Notes under the pieces: generated by a model | Seen by the model: only the letters and a program-made list of their open reading frames with translations | What the model was told of the DNA's origin: nothing | The model's database searches: none | Position numbers and translations under genes: made by a program | Part shown: piece by piece, positions 32,207 to 41,967 of the stretch | Layout: each line of letters opens with the position of its first letter | Numbering within the stretch: position 1 is the stretch's first letter | Origin: an uncultured delta proteobacterium | GTDB lineage: Bacteria; Desulfobacterota; Binatia; UBA9968 | NCBI GenBank assembly: GCA_963727625.1 | Contig: CAVSHR010000006.1 | Coordinates: 64,001 to 128,000, forward strand | Length of the DNA stretch: 64,000 nucleotides | Direction of reading: 5' to 3'

Positions 32207-33490
32207 ATGGATATAAAATCTCTGATCGACCCTAAAGGTGGCCTCATCGACCGGCGCATCTTTGCCGACCGCGAAATCTACGAGATCGAGCGTGAGCGCT
32301 TGTTCGCGCGCTGCTGGCTCTATCTCGGCCACGAATGCGAGGTTCCCAAGCCCGGCGATTTCGTCACCCGCTACATGGGCGAAGAGCCGGTGATTCTTGG
32401 CCGCGATCTCGACGGCAAGCTGCGCGCCCACTTGAATATGTGCCGCCACCGCGGCAACCGCGTTTGCCGCGCCGACCACGGCAACACCAAGTTGTTTACC
32501 TGCTCGTATCACGGTTGGTCATACACCGGCGACGGCAAGCTCGCGCTGGTGCCCATGCTCGATGCCTTCAAAGGGCTCGATAGAGAGAGGTGGGGTCTGG
32601 TTTCAGTGGCGCAGATCGACAGCTACAAAGGGCTAGTCTTCGCGACCTTCGATCCTCAAGCGCCACCGCTACGCGAATATCTGGGCGACATGGCGTGGTA
32701 TCTAGATATCCTGCTCGACCGGCGCGAAGGCGGCACGGAAGTGAGCGGGCCGCACCGCTGGCTGCTCGACGCCAACTGGAAAACCGCCGCGGAGAATTTC
32801 GGTGGCGACGGTTACCACATCACCTCTACCCATGGTTCGGCGCGCGAGCTCGGCATCGACACGACTACGAGCCAAACGCGGCAATGGAACCAGGGATGCC
32901 AGATCGCCTGCGGCAACGGCCATATTCTCGTGTCGTGGATCACGCCGCCGGAGGGCGGGCCATGGTTCGCGCAGCCGGATGATCAGCTTGTCGACTATAT
33001 GAAAGACCACGCAAGCGAAATCGAGAGCCGGCTCGGCACCGTGCGCGCGCGCCAGATCGCGCCATCGGCGGGAACGGTCTTTCCGAATTTATCGGTGCAC
33101 TGGCTGACGCGGACGATCCGCGTATGGCAACCGCGCGGGCCGGATAAAATGGAAGTCTGGAGCTGGGCGATCGTCGACAAAGCCGCCGAGCCGAAAATCA
33201 AAGACTTGATGCGCTTCGTTTCGCAGTATCGCTTCAGCCCGAGCGGCGTGTTCGAGCAGGACGACATGGATAACTGGATCCAGGTCACCGGCGCGGCGAA
33301 AAGTTTGATCGGGCGGCGCCATCCGGCCAATTATCAAATGCTCGGCAATGAACCGCCCGTGGAAGTCGCTTTGCCCGGCACGGTGAAAAGCCGGTTCAGC
33401 GACAACAATCAATTGAGCATGTACATGCACTGGGCCAAGATGCTCCAAGCCAAAGACTGGAGCGAACTGGCGCGCGCGCGCGATGGATAG
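32207..33490 (+). CDS. Rieske aromatic ring-hydroxylating dioxygenase alpha subunit
   Basis: CRHRG...CSYHGW Rieske motif, NWK..AENF.GDGYH...H, EQDD. Confidence 0.95.
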   Translation: MDIKSLIDPKGGLIDRRIFADREIYEIERERLFARCWLYLGHECEVPKPGDFVTRYMGEEPVILGRDLDGKLRAHLNMCRHRGNRVCRADHGNTKLFTCSYHGWSYTGDGKLALVPMLDAFKGLDRERWGLVSVAQIDSYKGLVFATFDPQAPPLREYLGDMAWYLDILLDRREGGTEVSGPHRWLLDANWKTAAENFGGDGYHITSTHGSARELGIDTTTSQTRQWNQGCQIACGNGHILVSWITPPEGGPWFAQPDDQLVDYMKDHASEIESRLGTVRARQIAPSAGTVFPNLSVHWLTRTIRVWQPRGPDKMEVWSWAIVDKAAEPKIKDLMRFVSQYRFSPSGVFEQDDMDNWIQVTGAAKSLIGRRHPANYQMLGNEPPVEVALPGTVKSRFSDNNQLSMYMHWAKMLQAKDWSELARARDG

Positions 33491-33992
33491 CAACCTGCGC
33501 CAGCAGATCGAAGACTTTCTGTACCTCGAGGCCGAGCTGCTCGACGACAGAAAATTGCGCGAGTGGCTTGAGTTGCTCACAGACGACGTGCGCTACTGGA
33601 TGCCGATCCGACACAACACTTTTGATCGGCCCGTGGATGTAACTGGAGAGCTGTCGCAACCGGGGGAAGGGTACTACTTCAACGACGATAAGAAGAGCCT
33701 CAGGATCCGAGTCGAGCGCGCCTATGCCAAAAACGCCTGGGCCGAGATGCCGCCTTCGCGCACGCGCCACATGATTTCCAATATTCGCATTAAAAAAGAA
33801 GACGGCAACGAGATCGCGGTGCATTCCAACTTTTTATGCTACCGCACACGCATGGAAACCGATCAGGATATGTTTGTCGGCGAGCGGCAAGATATCTTGC
33901 GCCGCATCGGCGACAGTTTCAAAGTCGCCCGGCGCACGATCATCTTGGATCAGGCGGTGCTGGCGGCCAAGAACATCAGCGTCTTTTTGTAG
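33483..33992 (+). CDS. Ring-hydroxylating dioxygenase beta subunit
   Basis: FLYLEAELLDD, YWMP, PPSRTRH, RQDILR; overlaps alpha stop. Confidence 0.94.
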   Translation: MDSNLRQQIEDFLYLEAELLDDRKLREWLELLTDDVRYWMPIRHNTFDRPVDVTGELSQPGEGYYFNDDKKSLRIRVERAYAKNAWAEMPPSRTRHMISNIRIKKEDGNEIAVHSNFLCYRTRMETDQDMFVGERQDILRRIGDSFKVARRTIILDQAVLAAKNISVFL

Positions 33993-34025
33993 AGGAATTT
34001 CTATCGATAGTTTACTCGCGGGCAA

Positions 34026-35309
34026 TTATTGATTTTCGTTCGACTGCAAAGCGTCCAGCGCTTTCTGAACCAATTTTCTACGCAATTCTTTTTCATCCTC
34101 GGGTTTGAGCTTGGCGTCGCCGGTGACGTGCACGATGCCGGTGCCCAGCACCACCCGGTTCGAACCGACCATTTTGGCGATCGGCTTGGCGGCGGTGATT
34201 TGTACCACCGGGATGCCGGCTTTTTCTAACTCAGTCGTAATCGCAGCGCCGCTGCGAGTGCTGGTGCCTCACGTGGACGTGAGAATGACGGCGTCGACGC
34301 CGTCGCGCTTGATCTTTTCCACCATCTCGCGGCCCAGACGGCGCGTATTCGACAGCGGATTGGAGCGTCCGCAGGTGGAGAGAAATTCATCGTGGAGCTT
34401 GCCGATGACGCCGTTTTTCTCCATCTCGCGGAGAGCGTCGAGGGGCACAAGTCGATCGGGATCTTGCTGAACAAAGCGGGTGTCGTAGCCGCCGTGGGAC
34501 ACCTCGTAGTCTTCTGCGCGCAGGTCGTCGCGGCCTTCGATATTGTAGGCTCCCCATCGTGTCGCAGCCGTGCCCTCGATGCGATCGGGATTGCCCTTGG
34601 GAACCAGACCGCCGTCGGTGATCAGCATCACTCGAGCTTTGGACATGTCTTTGACCGCGGCAGGAATCGGCACGGGCGCGAAAGTGGTCGCCGGCATTTC
34701 GGATTGGAACGTTGCACCGCTTAATTTCGCCATGAGCATATCGCCCAGCCGCGTCGCCGCGCTTTTCTCAACCAGCTGATCGCGCAGCCAGCCGCGAGGT
34801 AAATAACCTTCTTCGGCGGGCGAACCGATCGGTTCTTTTTCGACCAGTTTTCCGCTGAGGCTTGCCATCGAGCCAACCACATTGCGCAGTTTGGTCACGT
34901 TGGTGCCTGAGTCGATGATGTAGAGCGTATCGCGGAAAAGATCGACGCCGGGATTCTCCTCGCTCATAGCGGCGACGGCGGGAATGCCCAGATCGGTTTG
35001 CACGGCGCGGCAAATCGCGCCCGCCGCCATGCCGTAGCGGCCGGCATCGAAACATGGGCCGGCGATGAAAAGGTCGAGCTTTTCGTTCCGAATCCGATCC
35101 AAAACCGCAGCCGTGAGCTCTGTCTGGTTTTCGACGGCATAGTTATCGCCGCAGACGAAAGTCAAAACCACTTGGGCGTCGGGGCCGAGCAAAGATTCGA
35201 AGAGTTTCCCCGGTCCGACCGCGCCGTCGCGAATCTCCAAACCCTTGCCGGCATGTTCTTCCGCGCCAATGCCGCCAAAGAACTGATTCAGGTAATGTGC
35301 GATGCGCAT
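34026..35309 (-). CDS. grdB: Glycine/sarcosine/betaine reductase-family selenoprotein B (Sec at UGA 34269-34271)
   Basis: HYLNQFFGGIG, GPCFDAGRYG, TDGGLVPKGNPD, HGGYD; frame reads VILTST-UGA-GTSTRSGAAITTELEKAGIPVVQI and joins ORF 34026-34208, giving 427 aa. Confidence 0.9.
34241..34257 (-). promoter_or_regulatory. Putative bacterial SECIS hairpin
   Basis: mRNA UCGCAGC-GGC-GCUGCGA, starting 11 nt after the in-frame UGA. Confidence 0.7.
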
Positions 35310-35329
35310 GTGAAACTCCTTGAAGAGCC

Positions 35330-35398
35330 GTGAGCCGCGAGGCGAGAGGCTTGAGTAAGAATCTTCGCTCGCGCCTCAAGCCTTTCGCCTCGTGCCTT
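35330..35398. repeat. Intergenic 7-mer periodic inverted repeat
   Basis: CGAGGCGAGAGGCTTGAG ... CTCAAGCCTTTCGCCTCG. Confidence 0.6.
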
Positions 35399-35399
35399 C

Positions 35400-36680
35400 T
35401 TAGTACACCAAAGACCTCATTCTCGACGCGCCCTGTTGGTTGGTGACGCCGACGATGTTGTTGGCATCGATGGTCATGGGGCCAGTGAGTAAATCGGAGA
35501 ACTCGGGCGTGGCGGCGATGACGCGATCGACCTTGGGCACGTCCCATCTCGTGCCGTTGCCCCCGTTGTAGACGATGGCGTCGACTTCGGGAACGTTGAA
35601 GAGCAGCGCCGACTCGACGCGCCGGTCGCGCGACACATCGGACACCATAACCGCCGTGCGAATTTTCATGGCCTCCAGCAGACGCGCGGTTTCCGCCAAG
35701 TCTGCGTGCGGCAAGCCGCCGCCGTACTTTGACAGCACCGCGCCGTCTGCCTTTAGATTCCAACTAACCAAATTCGCTGCCGCCTTGCAGTGGCGCTCGC
35801 GATCGAAGTTGTCCGAGCCTGCAATCGTTGCCACGGTGCCGACAAAATTAATCTCGCGCGCGTGATGGCGGCGATAGAGATCGAGAATAATCGGCTGGTT
35901 TTGATAAAAATAAGTTTCCGTGCCACCGAACCAGGAGTGCAGCGACGGCACGATGGCGCCGTCGAGCCACTCGTCGGGGTGGAGCACAATCGGCAGCATG
36001 CCGTCGGTATTGGCGCCGTAAAGAATCGGTTCGTCGACTTCCGGTTTCCGTTGCCGCGAAAAGATCTGCCCGACGTAGGCCACGCGCGGCAAACCTTCGC
36101 GCCCGCTTACTGCCGGTCCCACGGGTTGGAATTGATGCAGCGAATGGGCCGGCTGATCCGTGACGAAGCGCGCCAGCGCGACCGCGACTCGAAGCCCGGC
36201 GATGCGGTACGCTTTCTCAATCGCTTGGCGGGACAATCCTGGCTTGGTGTGTGGAATCACCAGAAGATGGCAAAGCGACGAATAGTCGCTCGCCGCAACC
36301 GGCGCACCGCTCATTTCGAGCACGCGCCCGGTGGCGCTGCGCGTCAAGTCGGGTGAGATTTCCGCGAGCACGGAAACTGCCGCTCCGGTCAGGACGTGGG
36401 TTGTCCCCACACCCGCAGTTAGCGGAGCTCCCAAAATTCCCGGAAAGTCCGCACCCGAGCCGGAGGCTTTTGCACGCGGTTCAATAACGTCGAAGATCGG
36501 CCCGGCGCGGCAACTCTCGCCCGGGTGGACGATGGCGAAATCGACGCCGATATAGCAATCATCTTGCAGCACCACACGGCGCAGCTCGGCGGAATCGATG
36601 GAGAGGACTTCACCTTCGAGGCGCGCCGGCGCATCGAATTTGAGTTCGCGAACCGGATGTTTTGCTAAGGTTAGTTGCAA
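35400..36680 (-). CDS. Glycine/sarcosine/betaine reductase component B proprotein (GrdE-like)
   Basis: PGESCR...DVIEPRAK, FPG, GTTHVL.G, HPDEWLDGAIV, YFYQNQP, VDAIV; directly upstream of grdB-like gene. Confidence 0.85.
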   Translation of the reverse strand: MQLTLAKHPVRELKFDAPARLEGEVLSIDSAELRRVVLQDDCYIGVDFAIVHPGESCRAGPIFDVIEPRAKASGSGADFPGILGAPLTAGVGTTHVLTGAAVSVLAEISPDLTRSATGRVLEMSGAPVAASDYSSLCHLLVIPHTKPGLSRQAIEKAYRIAGLRVAVALARFVTDQPAHSLHQFQPVGPAVSGREGLPRVAYVGQIFSRQRKPEVDEPILYGANTDGMLPIVLHPDEWLDGAIVPSLHSWFGGTETYFYQNQPIILDLYRRHHAREINFVGTVATIAGSDNFDRERHCKAAANLVSWNLKADGAVLSKYGGGLPHADLAETARLLEAMKIRTAVMVSDVSRDRRVESALLFNVPEVDAIVYNGGNGTRWDVPKVDRVIAATPEFSDLLTGPMTIDANNIVGVTNQQGASRMRSLVY

Positions 36681-36910
36681 TGTTTTCTTCCCTTTGGCGC
36701 TTCAAACAGATTTCGATAGTCAGCCATAACGTCACGGGCGATCTTATTCTCGGTGCACGAAACTTGTCAACGACACAAGTCGTTTCTTGATTCGCTGTGA
36801 TGCAATCAAAGTTGAACGTTAATACGAGGGCCATGGGCTACTTTCATGTCCGCGGGTTTTTTCTAAAGAGCGCATGGTGATATGAGATGGTTGACCCTTA
36901 AGGTTGAGTC

Positions 36911-38431
36911 ATGCTGCGTTTCTCGCCCAATCCCAACCTCGCCCACTTGATCCGTTGGTTCGAGTGGGAAGACGACGCCTTTCAAAAGGCGCAAGAAGAG
37001 GACAAGCCGGTGATGCTTTTTCTATCGGCTTTTTGGTGCCGCTACTGCCAGCGCATGGATGAAGGCTCGCTGTCCGACCGGGAAAACATGGCGCTACTGA
37101 ACGCCTATTTCATCGCGCTCAGAGCCGAAGACGCGAAGCGGCCGGACCTGGATGCGCGCTACAATCTCAACGGCTGGCCGACCGTCGCGTTTTTCACTCC
37201 AGCGGGGGATTTGCTCGCGGCGTCCAACTTTCTCCCGGTTGAGGAATTCAAAACTCTGCTGCTCAATGTTTATTTGTCTTATCAGGAAAAAACTGCCGAA
37301 ACCCGCGCGGCCCATCCGGCAGAGACCAGTAAAATTTCGACGACGGACGCCGCGAAAAAGGCGGCGGAAGCGATTCTCAGCGAGATCACCGATGCGATCA
37401 TGGCGCTGGCCGATTCCGTTAACGGCGGCTACGGCCGTGGCCAGAAATTTATCCTGGCGCCGGTAAACGATTTTTTGCTGAGCCGTTACGAAGCGACTCG
37501 AACACCCGCCTATCTCGCTCATGTGCGGCTAACGCTGGATCGCATGCGCGGAGGGCAGATTCACGATGTCGAGGCGGGCGGATATTTTCGTACCACGACG
37601 GGCGCGGATTGGGTGCAGCCGCACCGAGAAAAGCTGCTGGTCGAGCAGGCAGGTCTCTTGTCGAACTGTCTTCACGTATTCCGCCTTACCGGGCGCGATG
37701 AATACGCGCGCATGGCGGAGGAGATCATCGCATACTTGGACAAGAAGCTTTTCGACGCTAAGACCGGCGCTTTTTTCGGCTGCGAAGATTTTCTTAGGCG
37801 CGAAGGCCCGGCGGGATCGCCCGACGGTGAATTGTTTTCGATCATCGATGAGTGCATTTACACCGACGCCAATGCCGTCACCGCCGCCGGCTATCTTGAA
37901 GCGAGCGCGCTCTTGGGTCGAACGGAATGTAAAGCGCGGGCGCTGGACGTGCTTGATTTTCTCTGGAAGCGTTGCCGCAGCGTGGAGACGGGCATGTATC
38001 ACTATCATGACGGCACGCCACGGCTACCGGGAATGCTGCTGGATCAGGCGCTGGTGGGGACCGCGCTGCTCAAAGCTTACCGCGCGACTCACGACGCAAA
38101 ATATCTCGAGCAGGCAGAGGGGATCGGCGAGTTCATTCTAGCCCGGCTCAAGAATTACGACGGCGGTTTTTACGATCGCGATGCGTGCGAGCTCGGCTTT
38201 CTCAAGCGACCTTTGACAGATCTGGATCAGAATGGCGCTGCGGCATCATTCTTTATGATGCTTGCCGCGGCGGGAGGCGACTCGAAATATCACGGGGCCG
38301 CGCTCTGGGCGGCAGGTGCGGCCAGCGACAGTACGGCGCATTATGGAATTCATTCCGCTCGACTCGGTCGCGCGCTAGGTGAAATTCTTAGCTCGACAAA
38401 TCGGCGCCCGTCAAATTCGTTTTCCGGTTAA
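36911..38431 (+). CDS. DUF255/YyaL (SSP411)-like thioredoxin-domain protein
   Basis: WFEWEDDAF, KPVMLFL, WCRYC, RPDLDARY, GWPTVAF, GGYFR, PHREKLL. Confidence 0.88.
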   Translation: MLRFSPNPNLAHLIRWFEWEDDAFQKAQEEDKPVMLFLSAFWCRYCQRMDEGSLSDRENMALLNAYFIALRAEDAKRPDLDARYNLNGWPTVAFFTPAGDLLAASNFLPVEEFKTLLLNVYLSYQEKTAETRAAHPAETSKISTTDAAKKAAEAILSEITDAIMALADSVNGGYGRGQKFILAPVNDFLLSRYEATRTPAYLAHVRLTLDRMRGGQIHDVEAGGYFRTTTGADWVQPHREKLLVEQAGLLSNCLHVFRLTGRDEYARMAEEIIAYLDKKLFDAKTGAFFGCEDFLRREGPAGSPDGELFSIIDECIYTDANAVTAAGYLEASALLGRTECKARALDVLDFLWKRCRSVETGMYHYHDGTPRLPGMLLDQALVGTALLKAYRATHDAKYLEQAEGIGEFILARLKNYDGGFYDRDACELGFLKRPLTDLDQNGAAASFFMMLAAAGGDSKYHGAALWAAGAASDSTAHYGIHSARLGRALGEILSSTNRRPSNSFSG

Positions 38432-38596
38432 TTCAGCCAAATGTCCCGGCTCGATTTGGCGCCTCTCGCAATTCACTTGCCGATTCGGCAAGAACGATTC
38501 AAACTAAGACGGTGCGCAGTGGTTTATCGGACAAGCCGAGCAAATCCTGGGATGCCCGATTTCCGGGTCGCTCTTGGATCAAATGGAGAGGTGAAT

Positions 38597-39766
38597 ATGA
38601 CCTATAAAATCCGCACGCGCGACCAACACTTTCTCAACGACGGCAGTCCGAAGCGCATTCTCGCCCTTGACGGCGGCGGGCTGCGCGGCATCGTCACGTT
38701 GTCGTTTCTCGCCGAGATCGAAGCGATACTCAGAGAGCGCTATGGCAGCGCGGACAATTTTCGTCTCAGCCACTATTTCGATTTAATTGCTGGCACGTCG
38801 ACCGGGTCGATCATTGCCGCGGCACTGGCGCGCGGCATGACCGTGACAGAAATCACCAAAAAATACTTGGATCTCGGCCAGCGGGTGTTCCAAAAAAGCT
38901 GGTTGCGCCAGGGTTTTGTTCGGGCGTTCTACGACGAAGCCGGCTTGATCGATGAGCTCAAACGGGTTTACGGACCGAACACGTCAATGGGCGATCCATC
39001 GTTGCAGACCGGACTGCTGATCGTCACCAAGCGACTGGACAGCGGCAGCACCTGGCCGGTCTCGAACAATCCGCGCGGGAAATACTATGGCCCTCGCCCC
39101 AACAATGCGGTCATCGTCAACTCGGCCTATCCGCTCTGGCAGGTGGTGCGTGCATCGACAGCGGCGCCGCGCTACTTCGATCCGGAAAAGATCGAAATCA
39201 GCCGCGGCAAGGCCGGCGAAGTGCCGATCATCGGCGAGTTCGTCGACGGCGGGGTGAGCCCGTATAATAACCCTGCGCTGCAAGCGTTGATGTATGCGAC
39301 TTTGGATGGCTATTGCGTTGGCTGGCCGACCGGCGCGGACAAATTACTGCTGGTCTCGGTGGGCACGGGTTCGCGCGATCCCAAGATCGCGCCCGCCAAG
39401 CTGGCGGCTGAAAACGCGCTCAAGTCAATGCTTTCCTTAATGGACGACTGCGCCGAGCTGGTCGAAACCTTGTTGCAATGGATGTCGAGCAGCCACACCG
39501 CGCGCGCCATCGATCGCGAAGTTGGCGACTTGCGCCATGACCTGATCGCTGCGCAGCCGTTGATCAATTACTTGCGTTACAATGTCGCGCTAACGCAGGA
39601 CTCCCTGACAGGTCTCGGTTTGAAGTTCGACGACGAAAAAGTCGCTGGGTTAAGCGCGATGGACGATCCGGCGAACATGACGACGCTGGAAGGGATCGGT
39701 GCCAAAGCGGCGAAGCAGCAGGTGCGCGCCGAAGATTTTTCATCGAATTTTGACTTGATGCCGTGA
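38597..39766 (+). CDS. Patatin-like phospholipase
   Basis: DGGGLRG, GTSTG nucleophile elbow, RASTAAP, DGG, SVGTG; GGAGAGG RBS before MTYKIR. Confidence 0.93.
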   Translation: MTYKIRTRDQHFLNDGSPKRILALDGGGLRGIVTLSFLAEIEAILRERYGSADNFRLSHYFDLIAGTSTGSIIAAALARGMTVTEITKKYLDLGQRVFQKSWLRQGFVRAFYDEAGLIDELKRVYGPNTSMGDPSLQTGLLIVTKRLDSGSTWPVSNNPRGKYYGPRPNNAVIVNSAYPLWQVVRASTAAPRYFDPEKIEISRGKAGEVPIIGEFVDGGVSPYNNPALQALMYATLDGYCVGWPTGADKLLLVSVGTGSRDPKIAPAKLAAENALKSMLSLMDDCAELVETLLQWMSSSHTARAIDREVGDLRHDLIAAQPLINYLRYNVALTQDSLTGLGLKFDDEKVAGLSAMDDPANMTTLEGIGAKAAKQQVRAEDFSSNFDLMP

Positions 39767-39819
39767 ATGTCGCATAGCGCTGAACGTCTCAAAATCTCCG
39801 AAGCAATCCGAGGTGCGGC

Positions 39820-41820
39820 GTGAAGAATGTTTTCATCGTTCGGCCGTTCGGCAAGAAAAGCGGCATCGACTTCGAGCGCGTCGAGATCGATCTAATGCAG
39901 CCGGCGATGCGGCAGGCCGGACTCACGGGCGGGACGACGGGACAGATTCTCCAGCAGGGAAACATCCGCACCGACATGTTCGAGCAGCTCTTGATCGCCG
40001 ATCTGGTGATCGCCGATATCTCGATTCATAACGCCAATGTTTTTTACGAGCTCGGTATTCGCCAAGCCCTGCGCGATAAACGGACCTTTCTTATCAGAGC
40101 GGTGAAAAAGTCGACGGATGCAGACGCAAAGGAAGAGGAGGTTCCCTTCGATCTCAAAACCGACCGGTACCTGGCTTACGAAGCCGGTAATCCCGGCGCC
40201 AGCGTCGCCGTTCTCGCGGCCGCGCTCAACGCGACCTTGGATTCGCTCAAGGCCGACAGCCCGGTCTACCAACTGCTGCCAGAGTTGAATCCTGCCGACC
40301 CGAGCAAGTTTCTCGTCTTGCCGCTCGATTTCCGCGAGGAAGTCGAACGAGCCGAGGCGGTCAAGAATTGCGCCGACGTCCAGCTGCTCGGCGCGGAGGT
40401 GGATGGCTTTGCCTGGCGCGCTGCCGGTTTGCGCCTGGTTGGACAAGCCCAATTTCGCTTGCGCGACTGGACCGGAGCGAAGGCGACATGGATGGCCGTG
40501 CGCGACTATGACGATACGGATCTCGAAAGCAACACGCTGCTCGGCACGATCTACCAACGGCTTGGTGATCTCATCGCTTCTGATCAAGCGCTGGAGCGCG
40601 CGTTGCAGAACCGGGATCTGGACCCGCGCGACCGCGCGGAAATCCTCGCCTTGACCGGCCGCAACGCCAAGACGCAATGGGAGCAAGCCTGGGCTGACTC
40701 CACCGAGCTCGACAGCCGGCAAAGAGCCGCGCTGGCCTCGCCGTATCTGGAAAAATCCCTAGAGCTTTACCACCAGGGATTTGTCGCGGACCGTAATCAT
40801 TTTTACTCGGGACTGAACGCTCTGGCGATGGTGACGGTTCTGACCGAACTGGCAGACGTTCAGATAGTTCTTTGGCAGGCAGGCTTCGATGACAACGACG
40901 AGGCGGAACGGAAACTGCGCGAGCTCAAAGATTTACGCGCCGACCTCGCGGTCGGAGTCAAGCTCGCGATCGAATCCAAACAAGCGGCGTTAAGGCGCGA
41001 TCAGCAAACCGACATCTGGGCCGAGGTCAGTAACGCGGATCTAACCTGTTTGACTTCGACGCGTGCCAATCGCGTCGGTCTGGCCTACAAGCGCGCGCTG
41101 GCCGGCGCCCCCGATTTCGCCAATCAAGCGGTCCGCCGGCAGCTTTTGCTCTATCAAAAGCTCGGAGTTTTCGGCGACAATATTCAGGCCGCCCTTGATA
41201 ACATCCCGGCCGTCGCGCTGCCGGGAGAGGGCGCGCCCATGCAAACCCGAATACTCCTGTTTACCGGACACCGCATCGACTCGCCCAATCGAAAGGAGCC
41301 GCGCTTTCCCGCCGCCAAAGAACAGCAGGCGAGGGTGATGATTCGTGAAGCCGTAATGAGGGAAAAAGAAAAACCGAACGGACAACTGTTCGGCATCTCC
41401 GGCGGCGCCTCCGGCGGCGATATCCTATTTCACGAAGTGTGCGAAGAGCTCGGGATTCCCAGCCAGATGTATCTGGTGTTGCCGAAAAGCGAGTATATCA
41501 AGGCCTCGGTCGCGGACGGCGGGCCGGATTGGGTTGATCGTTTCGATCGTCTCTTCGATAAGCTCCAACCGAAAATTCTATCCGATTCGGAACAGCTGCC
41601 GCGCTGGCTCAGGGCGAAAAAAAATTACAGCGTCTGGCAGCGTTCCAATCTCTGGATGCTGCACAATGCTCTCTATATTTCACAGGATCACCTCACGTTG
41701 ATGGCCTTGTGGAACGGCGCCGCGGGCGACGGTCCGGGTGGCACCGAAGACATGGTGCAGCGCGCTCAGGATCGCGGCGCGCGGTTTATCCATCTCGACG
41801 CGCGTAAACTGATCGCTTAA
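39820..41820 (+). CDS. NDT-like + TPR (DUF4071/ASK1-like) + SLOG-like multidomain protein
   Basis: N-term VFIVRPFG...ADLVIADISIHNANVFYELGIR, PFD; helical TPR middle with YSGLNA; C-term FTGHRID, GGASGGDILF, ALWNG...GPGGT. Confidence 0.8.
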   Translation: MKNVFIVRPFGKKSGIDFERVEIDLMQPAMRQAGLTGGTTGQILQQGNIRTDMFEQLLIADLVIADISIHNANVFYELGIRQALRDKRTFLIRAVKKSTDADAKEEEVPFDLKTDRYLAYEAGNPGASVAVLAAALNATLDSLKADSPVYQLLPELNPADPSKFLVLPLDFREEVERAEAVKNCADVQLLGAEVDGFAWRAAGLRLVGQAQFRLRDWTGAKATWMAVRDYDDTDLESNTLLGTIYQRLGDLIASDQALERALQNRDLDPRDRAEILALTGRNAKTQWEQAWADSTELDSRQRAALASPYLEKSLELYHQGFVADRNHFYSGLNALAMVTVLTELADVQIVLWQAGFDDNDEAERKLRELKDLRADLAVGVKLAIESKQAALRRDQQTDIWAEVSNADLTCLTSTRANRVGLAYKRALAGAPDFANQAVRRQLLLYQKLGVFGDNIQAALDNIPAVALPGEGAPMQTRILLFTGHRIDSPNRKEPRFPAAKEQQARVMIREAVMREKEKPNGQLFGISGGASGGDILFHEVCEELGIPSQMYLVLPKSEYIKASVADGGPDWVDRFDRLFDKLQPKILSDSEQLPRWLRAKKNYSVWQRSNLWMLHNALYISQDHLTLMALWNGAAGDGPGGTEDMVQRAQDRGARFIHLDARKLIA

Positions 41821-41967
41821 CGCGCCAAAAATCCCGGTAAAATGCCGATCCGTGTTGAGATCATTCGGAACCCGGCTCCGCGGACTTGTCTCTGTTTGAA
41901 GTCGAGTCGATTGCAAGGCTTGCGGCCTTCATTCGATGATCCGGCGCAAATCGCAAAGGAGCCATTC

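Noticed and set aside
34269-35309. GrdB as a truncated pseudogene
   Set aside because: The stop is UGA at the known Sec position with a conserved downstream frame and SECIS-like hairpin
38597-41820. CBASS or Thoeris assignment
   Set aside because: No CD-NTase, SIR2 or clear TIR gene adjacent
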